Part shown: positions 9,079-17,959 of the stretch, piece after piece
How the letters are laid out: every line of letters begins with the position of its first letter
Numbering within the stretch: position 1 is the first letter of the stretch
NCBI GenBank assembly: GCA_964201665.1
Contig: CAXNEW010000005.1
Span: 1 to 63,038, forward strand
Direction of reading: 5' to 3'
DNA length: 63,038 nt
Source of the DNA: Bdellovibrionota bacterium
GTDB taxonomy: Bacteria > Bdellovibrionota > UBA2428
The notes under the pieces: model-generated
What the model was told of the DNA's origin: nothing
What the model saw: the letters and a program-made list of their open reading frames with translations, nothing else
Database searches by the model: none
Made by a program: the position numbers and the translations under genes

Positions 9079-10342
9079 TTTCGAGCTTTTGGTTTCGGGT
9101 GTCAGACTTCAAAACAAGAATTTTGCCACCGCCTAGACCTTTAGTTTTTTTCAAGTTCCTACGTTCTGTAAAATCGACTTCATGGCCCGGCCCCCCCACG
9201 GTGGCCCGAATTTTTGAATTTATAAGGGCCAACTGGGCACCAAATCGTAGCAAATTTTCGTGAGCAGCTGATTTTGCCCCAAATCCAGGTTGTCCTCGGG
9301 GAATCCAAACATGTCCCCCCGGCGAAGTGCGAATGTGAAACCACAGGTCGCGATCGCGGGCCTGACGGTACAACTCATCATTCTCTTTTGAGTTCCTACC
9401 TACCCTAGCCCAAAGACCCGGGTCCCACGGACTTTGGATCCACAACCCTGGTTTTTTCTTAGGTTTTAAAATTTCACTATCAGCAGAAATTTCCTCTTTT
9501 GGTTGGGACTGTCTCTTTGTTTTCAAAACCGGGGATTGAGTTTTTAAACTTTCTAGTCGCGTCTTTGAGCCCAAATATTTTTTTTCAAATTTCTTTTTTT
9601 GCTTGAATACAGCGTCTAAAAATTCCCAAGTTTTTTCATTTTTCAAAACTGGAATTTCCTTTTTTGCCTGGGCCTCTATAAAAAACTCGTGACTCAAAAA
9701 ATTTTGAAACTCGCCGTTGGTCTCTAATGATATTGCTAAATCGGCCCAAAACTTAGATCTCAAATTGTATCGATTTACGTCGGCTAAAACATTGGCCTCC
9801 AGGTTTTTGAGTTTTTTAGTTTTCTGATTCTCAAGGTGTTTTTGACTATTGGTTTCGACTTTTGAGGCAGCCTGACCCCAGTTTGCGAGTTCAATTTGAG
9901 ACCTAAAATCCTTGGGCCGACCCGGGACATGAATTTCAAATTCTAAAACCGGTGGATTTTGGTGGGCCGAAATTTTTCCTTTAAGTTTAGCCCCACCCGC
10001 AAACTCCCATAAAAATTCACTTTCACTGACTGAGGTAGACCTTGTTATTTTTTTGTTTTTTAGATGGGATTTTGCAAAAATCAGGGGCGGGCAATCATGA
10101 AGTTCAAGACGGATTTGTTCAAAGATCTTAGATTTTTCTGAAAAGCGCCAGGCAAGCTGTCCACGCTCTGAACCCAAAAAAAGGGCCTCCTTGCCAATAG
10201 ACGGGGTGCCAGAGGCCCAGGGGAAAAAATCAAAGCTGAAAATATAGCCCCGCCCACCCTTTACCCTGAAGCTCCGCATGGCCTGAAATTGCGATCCTTC
10301 GGCTATAAGGTTGACAAATTGCGTTAATGTTTGAGATACCAT
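9047..10342 (-). CDS. NFACT-R (DUF814) domain protein, short RqcH/FbpA-like
   Basis: The C-terminus GRNSKENDELYRQARDRDLWFHIRTSPGGHVWI matches the DUF814/NFACT-R signature (GkNn.qNd.L...d.WfH....pGsHv). A Lys/Glu-rich, coiled-coil-like middle region is present. The 3' end overlaps the mutS2 ORF by 32 nt. Confidence 0.7.
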   Translation of the reverse strand: MVSQTLTQFVNLIAEGSQFQAMRSFRVKGGRGYIFSFDFFPWASGTPSIGKEALFLGSERGQLAWRFSEKSKIFEQIRLELHDCPPLIFAKSHLKNKKITRSTSVSESEFLWEFAGGAKLKGKISAHQNPPVLEFEIHVPGRPKDFRSQIELANWGQAASKVETNSQKHLENQKTKKLKNLEANVLADVNRYNLRSKFWADLAISLETNGEFQNFLSHEFFIEAQAKKEIPVLKNEKTWEFLDAVFKQKKKFEKKYLGSKTRLESLKTQSPVLKTKRQSQPKEEISADSEILKPKKKPGLWIQSPWDPGLWARVGRNSKENDELYRQARDRDLWFHIRTSPGGHVWIPRGQPGFGAKSAAHENLLRFGAQLALINSKIRATVGGPGHEVDFTERRNLKKTKGLGGGKILVLKSDTRNQKLESEFESLIKGA

Positions 10343-10410
10343 ATGAATTCTGGGGCTTTTGTTTAAACTGCCCCGTTGTTTGGGAGAGTTTTAAGGAGAG
10401 TTTTAAACCG

Positions 10411-11139
10411 ATGTCTGCAAAAGCTAAAGCTAAAAAACCTGTTTCAAAACAAGCGTCTAAAGCAGTTAAGGCGGCTAAGGCCGCCAAGCCGAAGTCGGTA
10501 TCCGCAAAAGCTCCAAAAAAGGTTGAGGCAAAAGTTGCAACCCCTACCCCAAAGGCGCCTGCAAAGCGGGTCACCGTTGTTGATAAAAAACGCTCTATGG
10601 CTGAGGCCGCCCTTGAGGCTGCTTTAGCTGAAGTGAGTGGTTCAGGTGGCTCATCTACTCCTGCGGGGGCTGAAGAAGAGTTTGACCCTGCAGTCTTCTT
10701 TGCCGCCAATGGTGGCAAAGGACTCATTCGAGCCCAAGTTATGCGCAAAGAGCGTGTCGATTTTAACCTTGGGGTTAGATATCGCTATTTAAAGGGGCCG
10801 CTCGTATTTAATGCAGATCTTTTGAATCTTTCAAAAGGTGGTTTGTGTCTGAGAACTCCAGAAGTTGTTAAATCAAAATCTGTTATTCGAATAGAAGTTC
10901 CCCTTCCTCACACCAGTGAACTTTTTGCTGTTCAGGCAGAAGTGATTTGGAGTGACTATATCGGCGAAGGCAAAGGAAAAAATCGCCCCATTCAAACGGG
11001 ACTTAGATTTATGCCTATGTCGCTAGCCAAACAGGCTGTGATAAATCAATTCATACAGCAGCGTCGTGATGAAGTGATCATGGCAAAAATCGGACTCGAT
11101 AAGTTTACAGATTCTGTCCCCGTAGCCGGCCTCGACTAA
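10411..11139 (+). CDS. PilZ-domain protein with a Lys/Ala-rich histone-H1-like N-terminal tail
   Basis: I chose the start at ATG 10411, which has AAGGAG upstream. The N-terminus is MSAKAKAKKPVSKQASKAVKAAKAAKPKSVSAKAPKK. The PilZ-type NLSKGG (D/NxSxxG) motif is preceded by RKERV, an imperfect RxxxR. Confidence 0.7.
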   Translation: MSAKAKAKKPVSKQASKAVKAAKAAKPKSVSAKAPKKVEAKVATPTPKAPAKRVTVVDKKRSMAEAALEAALAEVSGSGGSSTPAGAEEEFDPAVFFAANGGKGLIRAQVMRKERVDFNLGVRYRYLKGPLVFNADLLNLSKGGLCLRTPEVVKSKSVIRIEVPLPHTSELFAVQAEVIWSDYIGEGKGKNRPIQTGLRFMPMSLAKQAVINQFIQQRRDEVIMAKIGLDKFTDSVPVAGLD

Positions 11140-11366
11140 CAAACTCTTGCCAAAAAGGCCCATCTTTTAATTTCTCACTCCCTTGGATACCCCTACGATT
11201 TCAGGTTTTTTGGTGATCCTTGCTTCTCATTTTTTGGGATCGCGTTCGATTTCCAACGGGATCTGGGAAGGGTCTAACGGGGCAGCCTTTATGCTTTGAC
11301 CAAAAAAATGTTTATTAATGACCAAATATTGGTTTAACGTTGACCAAAATCGTATACAATAGCTAT

Positions 11367-12548
11367 ATGTCTGAATTATTTTGGGAATTAAAGGGGTGGG
11401 AATTAGAAGATCCTCACCTAAAAAGGCGAAATGCCTTACCTTTTCAACGAACAATCCCTTTCATTCCAGTAGAAAACGGCTTGTATATTATTCGAGGCCC
11501 AAGGCAAATTGGAAAAACGACCTGGTTGAAAGAAGTTTTGAGTCAAAAAGTCAAAGCCAAAGAAAAGTGTTTTTATTTGAGCTGCGAGAAAGTTCAAAAT
11601 TCAGGCGAACTTTCAGAAATTCTGAAAGCCACCAGAGACTACGGGACAATCCTTCTAGATGAAATCAATTATGTCGAAGGATGGGACAAGGTTGTAAAAA
11701 GCGAAATCGATAGCGGCAAATCAAAAATTCTCATGATCACAGGCTCACACTCCGTTGATTTGCGACGTGGCGCCGATCGTATGCCAGGGCGATTTGGAGC
11801 GGGACAAGAATTTTATCTTTTACCAATGAGTTTTTCTGAATTTCTTGAAGTCAGAAATCAGGCGGGTTGGAACAAGAAAACCCATATCGAAAATATCAAC
11901 GACTATTTTAAAATCGGGGGGTTTCCTGCGGCGTTAGCCGAAGCGGGGCCTAAGGTGCAGTTTCCGACCAAAACCCTAGACACCATTCGCCGTTGGGTTG
12001 TGGGTGATTTTGTACGGCTAGGTAAACAAGAAAATTTTGTAACCGAATTGATGATTCAACTCCTGAAAACGATGTCATCGCCGGTGAGCCTTCAAACGAT
12101 CGCAAAGAAAACAAGTATGGGCTCTCACAATACGGCGCAAGATTACATTTCAGTTCTTGAAGACTGCTTTGCATTGAGAACTTTGTATTTAGTCGATCAG
12201 AATTCGGGGTCTTATCGTTTTCGAAGTAACAAAAAATTTTATTTTCGTGATCCTATTTTGTTTTGGCTCGCGTTGAAACTCGATGGAAAAAGTTATGATG
12301 AAAAACACTTTGAGAAACTTGCTGAAATGGTCGCAGCGGAACATCTTTGTAGTCGCTATGATCGAGTTGGATACTTTTCGTCGCCAAGCTCAGGCGAAAT
12401 AGATTTTTTTCGTCACGACGCTTGGGCTTTAGAGCTCAAATGGTCAGAGATTCCAACCAACTTATCAAAAGCCTATCTAAAAATTGCCTTGTTAAATAAA
12501 AAAGTTTGGACCAAAAAAAACTACCTCCTAGAGTGGCCCGAGATGTAA
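11367..12548 (+). CDS. AAA+ ATPase (AAA_14 / DUF4143-type)
   Basis: Walker A GPRQIGKTT, Walker B ILLDEI, and C-terminal architecture typical of DUF4143 ATPases. ATG 11367 is preferred over the TTG at 11340, but the start is uncertain. Confidence 0.75.
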   Translation: MSELFWELKGWELEDPHLKRRNALPFQRTIPFIPVENGLYIIRGPRQIGKTTWLKEVLSQKVKAKEKCFYLSCEKVQNSGELSEILKATRDYGTILLDEINYVEGWDKVVKSEIDSGKSKILMITGSHSVDLRRGADRMPGRFGAGQEFYLLPMSFSEFLEVRNQAGWNKKTHIENINDYFKIGGFPAALAEAGPKVQFPTKTLDTIRRWVVGDFVRLGKQENFVTELMIQLLKTMSSPVSLQTIAKKTSMGSHNTAQDYISVLEDCFALRTLYLVDQNSGSYRFRSNKKFYFRDPILFWLALKLDGKSYDEKHFEKLAEMVAAEHLCSRYDRVGYFSSPSSGEIDFFRHDAWALELKWSEIPTNLSKAYLKIALLNKKVWTKKNYLLEWPEM

Positions 12549-12572
12549 AAAACAGGCCTCACGGACGACGAG

Positions 12573-14294
12573 TTAGTCGAAATATTTTTCGAAGTCTGAT
12601 CCTAGGATTCTTTCCACGTGGGGGCGCCATTTTTCGCGCCACTGGAGTTCCAAATCTTGGGCCTGACCAAGATTTTTTTCTTTAGAAGCTTCAGACAATT
12701 CGGCCGTGGGGTCTGCCGAAAACCGAGCAAAGCTTAGGAATCTAGTTTTTATCGTTTCTAAAAATTTGAGTTTATCGAAGCTTCCATCGCTTTTTCTATT
12801 TTTGGAATCCGCCGAAATGAAATCTTCAAAGATTCGATAATTTTGATCGTCAAAAAACTGCGCAAAGCTATGGGCCGTTTTTTCAAGTTGAACCGAAGTC
12901 TCAGATTTGGGATCAATCAAACGGGCGGCATCGAGCGCATGAAGAATGTTTTTTCCCCTAAGGATAAAACTTTCAAGAACATCGGGTGGTAGCAAAACCA
13001 ATCCGACCAAGTGAAGCATCTGATCATGAAAAAATGGAGTCCCTTGTTCGCCAAAGGAGTAAGTTTTTTCTAAACAAAGATTTCGTAAATACTCCTCAGA
13101 AGAATTCCCCCGAAACCGCGGGGTCGTAATCATTTTAATTGGCAAGTCCCACAAATTAAGTTGGTCAACCAAGTCATAAACACTTGTTATTTGCCAACGG
13201 TTGACTCCCTCAAGGCGAGACCAGTTCAATTTTTGAGCTAAACTGGGGAATAAATCTAAGAACTTATCAATCAAGAATCCCCGCCCCTCTAAGTATCCAT
13301 TGGTAAGTTTCCAAACTCGCAAACGATTTTTCAAATCAGCTTCAGAATTAGGAGGGTAATTCAATTTTTTGAGAACACTCTCTGAGGGGTTAGGATTTCC
13401 CGAGATTGCGTAAAAAATCTGGCGCTCGGGGCTAATGAACTTACTTTCAATCGAAAACATTTCAGACTCAGGAGTCACCCACTCGCGAGGCGGCAGTCCT
13501 TTTATGTTTTTAAAAATGAGGCCCCTGCGATCTTCATATCTAATTCCCTCATAGAAATCCGCAACCGAAACAATTTTTTGATGGGTTCTTTTTACAGAAT
13601 AATCTCCGCCCGAATCCAATTGAATAAGCAACAATTGGCCAGAATCAAAATTTATCGACTGAAGTCTAAATAGCTTTCGCTGACCTTGCGTGTCTTGGAA
13701 AAAAAAATTCTGCCCAAGTTTAATGTTTGACAGAATGACACCCAAAAAACCATCGCTTCGGGTTAAAACTTCCTTTGATCCCAAGTTGAGATTGTAAAAA
13801 ACAATCTCCAAACCATTTCGGAGCTGAGTAAAATAAGCTTCAACATTGAATTTACCTAGAACTGAGGCCCACCAAGATCGGGGCTCTGGTATTGTTAAAA
13901 TCAATTTCCCAATTTGGCTTCTAACTTGATCCAAACTTGGAGTTTCTCTAAAAGGCCCGCCCCCAATAAATGCATTCGCATTATATTTTCCGCCCATTCG
14001 ATTGTGAGTGAGTAGGGCTCCAATGAGTTCAAACAATTCGGGTTCGCGAGATCGAATGTGGTTTAAAAAAAATTCATGCCCATCAAGGGACTGAACAAAA
14101 TGAATTCCAGTTTGAATGAGTTTTTGCCGCTCTAAACCTTCATAGGGCCAATTCCTTAGAGGAGCTTGCACAGCTCGACCACCCAATAGAATTTTCGCAT
14201 CTGTGGTGCATTCAATTTTCAGCGAGGGCATGGCCTCGATGGGCTCGCACAATGCGAGACCAAAAACACAGATAAGTCTTAGAAATTGTTTCAT
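12573..14294 (-). CDS. hypothetical secreted protein
   Basis: 573-aa ORF with signal peptide MKQFLRLICVFGLALCEPIEA. No recognised motif. Confidence 0.6.
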   Translation of the reverse strand: MKQFLRLICVFGLALCEPIEAMPSLKIECTTDAKILLGGRAVQAPLRNWPYEGLERQKLIQTGIHFVQSLDGHEFFLNHIRSREPELFELIGALLTHNRMGGKYNANAFIGGGPFRETPSLDQVRSQIGKLILTIPEPRSWWASVLGKFNVEAYFTQLRNGLEIVFYNLNLGSKEVLTRSDGFLGVILSNIKLGQNFFFQDTQGQRKLFRLQSINFDSGQLLLIQLDSGGDYSVKRTHQKIVSVADFYEGIRYEDRRGLIFKNIKGLPPREWVTPESEMFSIESKFISPERQIFYAISGNPNPSESVLKKLNYPPNSEADLKNRLRVWKLTNGYLEGRGFLIDKFLDLFPSLAQKLNWSRLEGVNRWQITSVYDLVDQLNLWDLPIKMITTPRFRGNSSEEYLRNLCLEKTYSFGEQGTPFFHDQMLHLVGLVLLPPDVLESFILRGKNILHALDAARLIDPKSETSVQLEKTAHSFAQFFDDQNYRIFEDFISADSKNRKSDGSFDKLKFLETIKTRFLSFARFSADPTAELSEASKEKNLGQAQDLELQWREKWRPHVERILGSDFEKYFD

Positions 14295-14352
14295 TTTGCG
14301 TGCTGCGTTATAGTCATTTTACTCGGCCAGACAAGAAAATAGGGTCAAACCG

Positions 14353-16113
14353 CTAAGTAACCAAAATACTTGATGTTTCTCCGCTGCCTGCTCCAAAGCT
14401 ACCGACTGACTTTTGGGGGATTCCCTTTGGAATCGAACTCAAAAGTTTTTTTGTATATTCGTGCTGAGGATTTTCATAAATCGAAACTGCGTCAGCCATT
14501 TCAACAACTTTGCCGCCGTACATGACGACCACTTCATCAGAAATAAATTTCACAACTGCCAAATCATGAGAAATAAAAATATAAGTTAAATCAAATTCGT
14601 CTTGCAGATCTAAAAGCAAATTCAAAATTTGAGCCTGAATACTCACATCCAAAGCCGAAACGGACTCATCGCAAATAATAAAATCAGGCTTAACGGCCAG
14701 GGCTCGCGCGATACAAATGCGCTGCCTTTGTCCGCCAGAAAACTCATGAGGGTATCGACTTAGAAATTTAGGATCTAAGCCCACTTTTTTCATCAGCACA
14801 CCGGCGCGCTCTAAGCGGTTTTGGTGGTTATCGCCAATTTTATGAATGGTCATGGGTTCGGCAAGTGCTGCACCAATTGTCATTCGAGGGTTTAACGACG
14901 CGTAGGGATCTTGAAAAATAATCTGCATCTTACGACGCATCTGTCTCATCGCCTCACGATCGAGCTTGGTAATGTCAGTACCATTGTAATTTATAGTGCC
15001 CGCAGTGGGTTCAATGAGTCTTAAAATTGTGCGACCTAAAGTGGTTTTGCCACAACCTGATTCTCCGACAAGGCCCAGGGTTCGACCCTTACGAACTGTT
15101 AGACTCACATCGTCTACAGCCTTAACCCAAGATTGAACTCCGCCAAAAATACCACCACGAATGGGAAAATGTTTTTTTACATTCTTGATTTCTAAAAGAA
15201 CGCCGTTGGAATCTGAAAGCGGTCGTGTTGTTTTTGTTTTACCTAAAAGGTCAGATGATACGGGCTTTTCGCGTCCGTCTTCGGTCATGAAATCGCTGAC
15301 AGTAGCCAACCTTAAAGGATGGTGATCAAGTCTGGGTCTGCAAGCAATAAGGCCCTTTGTGTAGGGATGACTTGGGGCCTGAAAAATTGCACTCGTTTTA
15401 TTTTTTTCAACAATTTTTCCGCGGTACATCACTGCGACTTCGTCAGCAATATCGGCAATGACACCTAAATCATGGGTGATAAAAAGCATGCTCATTTTGT
15501 ATTGAGCCTGAAGCTTAGCGAGTAACTCGAGAACCTGTTTTTGAATCGTCACATCAAGTGCTGTTGTGGGTTCGTCAGCAATCAGAAGCTTCGGTGCGCA
15601 GGCGATTGCCATTGCAATCATGACTCTTTGTTTTTGCCCACCACTCATTTCGTGAGGATAAGAATCAATGCGCGCCTTGGGATTTGGAATTCCCACCTGG
15701 TCAAGCAGGTCGAGGGTTTTTTCGCGGGCTGTTTTAGTATTCAGTTTTTGGTGAAGAATCAAAGCCTCAGCAATTTGATATCCCACGGTGAACACGGGAT
15801 TCAAACTGGTCATGGGCTCCTGAAAAATCATTGAAATTTGGTTACCGCGAATAGCTCGCATTTCAGATTCGGTAGCTTTGACCAAATCCTTACCTTGAAA
15901 CAAAATTTCACCATTAGAAATTTTTCCGGGAGGATTGGGAATCAAGCGCATAATGCCGAGCGAAGTTACGCTTTTTCCAGAGCCCGATTCTCCAACAATG
16001 CCAACAGTTTTGCCTTCAGGTATCGAAAACGAAATATTATCGACAGCCTTTACCAGCCCCTCGGAGGTTGAAAAATCAATGGAAAGATTATTAATAGTCA
16101 AAAGCTCAGACAT
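14353..16113 (-). CDS. peptide ABC transporter, fused double ATP-binding protein (DppD/DppF-like)
   Basis: Two Walker A motifs ([16 protein letters not shown]), two signature motifs ([16 protein letters not shown]) and two Walker B motifs. Confidence 0.9.
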   Translation of the reverse strand: MSELLTINNLSIDFSTSEGLVKAVDNISFSIPEGKTVGIVGESGSGKSVTSLGIMRLIPNPPGKISNGEILFQGKDLVKATESEMRAIRGNQISMIFQEPMTSLNPVFTVGYQIAEALILHQKLNTKTAREKTLDLLDQVGIPNPKARIDSYPHEMSGGQKQRVMIAMAIACAPKLLIADEPTTALDVTIQKQVLELLAKLQAQYKMSMLFITHDLGVIADIADEVAVMYRGKIVEKNKTSAIFQAPSHPYTKGLIACRPRLDHHPLRLATVSDFMTEDGREKPVSSDLLGKTKTTRPLSDSNGVLLEIKNVKKHFPIRGGIFGGVQSWVKAVDDVSLTVRKGRTLGLVGESGCGKTTLGRTILRLIEPTAGTINYNGTDITKLDREAMRQMRRKMQIIFQDPYASLNPRMTIGAALAEPMTIHKIGDNHQNRLERAGVLMKKVGLDPKFLSRYPHEFSGGQRQRICIARALAVKPDFIICDESVSALDVSIQAQILNLLLDLQDEFDLTYIFISHDLAVVKFISDEVVVMYGGKVVEMADAVSIYENPQHEYTKKLLSSIPKGIPQKSVGSFGAGSGETSSILVT

Positions 16114-16136
16114 GATTTTTGAAGGTCCCTACACAA

Positions 16137-17021
16137 TCAGGTTCGAAGCTTTGGGTCAAAGGCATCCCGCAAAGCATCCGAAAACAAACTAAAAGCCAAA
16201 CATATAAAAAACATCCCTAATGTCGCCCCAATCAGGCCAGACCAGATTCCCTGCATCAGCTCGCCCTTGGCGTCATCGATCATGAGCCCCCAACTGGCAG
16301 AACCGGTTTGGGCCCCTAGGCCAAGATAGGTCAGAATGACTTCCGATTTAATGGCTGTAACAAATCGAAGGCTAAAACTGATAATCACAATATGCAGTAC
16401 ATTTGGTAAAATATGTAAGAAAATTCGGCGTCCGTGCCCAGCGCCGAGGGCGGCCGCAGCAACGACATAGTCCCGATTTTTGTGTTTCATAACTTCACCT
16501 CGAATCAGCCGAGCAAGACTGACCCAGGTGGTTAGGCCCAAAGCTAAATTCACCGCAAAAATTCCTTTTCCTAGGGCAAAGGCCATCGCTACCAAAAGTA
16601 GAAAGTCGGGGATATTAGAAAGCATGGTGTAAAACCAAGTAATTATATCGTCTACCCACCCTCCAAAATACCCTGCCAAACACCCCATGATGACCCCAAT
16701 GGGAATCGAAATTAAACTTGTCATGAGTCCCACAAAAAGGGCTGTGTATGTCCCCTGCAAAACCTTACTTGTTATGGACCGACCAAAAATATCTAGCCCC
16801 AACCAATAGCGCCAGTCCTTTGCAAAATCTGGCCCCAGGCGCGAAGGACCAATCTCCTCCTGCCAGCCGGAGGCAATCCACCCAAATTTTACCGACAAAC
16901 CGACCGCTACATAAATAAGAATGATAGCAAAGCTCCAAAAAGCAAAAGGATCTAAAACCAATCGCCTCGCGGCATCGGCCCAAAGGGACTGCCCTTTAAT
17001 TTTTCGAGCTATGAATTTCAT
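16137..17021 (-). CDS. peptide ABC transporter permease (OppC/DppC-like)
   Basis: Polytopic BPD_transp_1-type permease. Overlaps the upstream permease by 4 nt. Confidence 0.85.
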   Translation of the reverse strand: MKFIARKIKGQSLWADAARRLVLDPFAFWSFAIILIYVAVGLSVKFGWIASGWQEEIGPSRLGPDFAKDWRYWLGLDIFGRSITSKVLQGTYTALFVGLMTSLISIPIGVIMGCLAGYFGGWVDDIITWFYTMLSNIPDFLLLVAMAFALGKGIFAVNLALGLTTWVSLARLIRGEVMKHKNRDYVVAAAALGAGHGRRIFLHILPNVLHIVIISFSLRFVTAIKSEVILTYLGLGAQTGSASWGLMIDDAKGELMQGIWSGLIGATLGMFFICLAFSLFSDALRDAFDPKLRT

Positions 17022-17953
17022 CGAACCTCCACCCGTGGGTCCGCAAGGGCATAAAGGATATCTGAAATCACATTGAAAACAATGTATGCCATTGTACCAA
17101 ACACCGTCATCGACATGAGAACAGGGCGATCGTTGTTTGCGATTGCCCTCACAATGATGTCCCCCAGCCCGGGAATACTAAAATAACTTTCTAGTAGAAG
17201 AGCACCCAAAATCAAAAATGGAATCGAAATCACAACATCCGTAATAATTGGAATCAGGGCATTTTTAAGGACATGCCTAAACATAATGGGCCCCGTCCCC
17301 AACCCCTTGCTACGAGCTGTTCGAACATAGTCTTGATAAAGCTCATCCAATATCACGGTACGATAAAAGCGCATTTGCGGAGCCAAAGATAAAACAACAT
17401 AAATAATCGAAGGTAAAACTAGATACTCCCACCGACCGGACCAGGAAGTATCGTAACCACTTATCGGAAACCATCCCCATTTGTAGGCCAAAAAATATTG
17501 GCCCGCCAAAATGTAGACTAGTAAACTTATACTTTGGCCACCCACACTAAAGGCAACAGCTGCCCGGTCGTTCCAGCGACCCCGGTTTATAGCCACAAAA
17601 ATTCCGAGACCTAAGCTCAAAAAAATTGAAATTAAAAATGGCGGAAGTAAAAGGGACAAACTGGCTCCAGCTCCATCCGAAATCATGTCAATAATTTTTG
17701 TTTTGTAGGCGTAGCTTCGCCCAAAATCCAATTGAAGATACTGTTTGAGCATCATGAAATATTGAGTGTACCAGGGTTGATCGAGGCCCAATTCTGACCT
17801 GATTGTCGCTAGGGATTCAGCACTCGCGTGGCGGCCTGCAATTTGCAAAGCCGGATCGCCTGGAACCACATTGAATATAAGGAACAATAAAAAAGTGGTT
17901 CCAAGCAAAATCGGAATTGAATACAAAAGCCGGCGAATGATGAACCCTGTCAC
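17018..17953 (-). CDS. peptide ABC transporter permease (OppB/DppB-like)
   Basis: N-terminus IIRRLLYSIPILLGTTFLLFLIFNVVPGDP is the typical OppB/DppB start. Confidence 0.85.
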   Translation of the reverse strand: MTGFIIRRLLYSIPILLGTTFLLFLIFNVVPGDPALQIAGRHASAESLATIRSELGLDQPWYTQYFMMLKQYLQLDFGRSYAYKTKIIDMISDGAGASLSLLLPPFLISIFLSLGLGIFVAINRGRWNDRAAVAFSVGGQSISLLVYILAGQYFLAYKWGWFPISGYDTSWSGRWEYLVLPSIIYVVLSLAPQMRFYRTVILDELYQDYVRTARSKGLGTGPIMFRHVLKNALIPIITDVVISIPFLILGALLLESYFSIPGLGDIIVRAIANNDRPVLMSMTVFGTMAYIVFNVISDILYALADPRVEVR

Positions 17954-17959
17954 AACAGA

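Noticed and set aside
10230-10748. 172-aa minus-strand ORF rich in Ala
   Set aside because: It is antisense to the Lys/Ala-rich (GCN/AAR) tail of the PilZ gene. The open frame is a compositional artefact, and it also overlaps the 5' end of the DUF814 gene.
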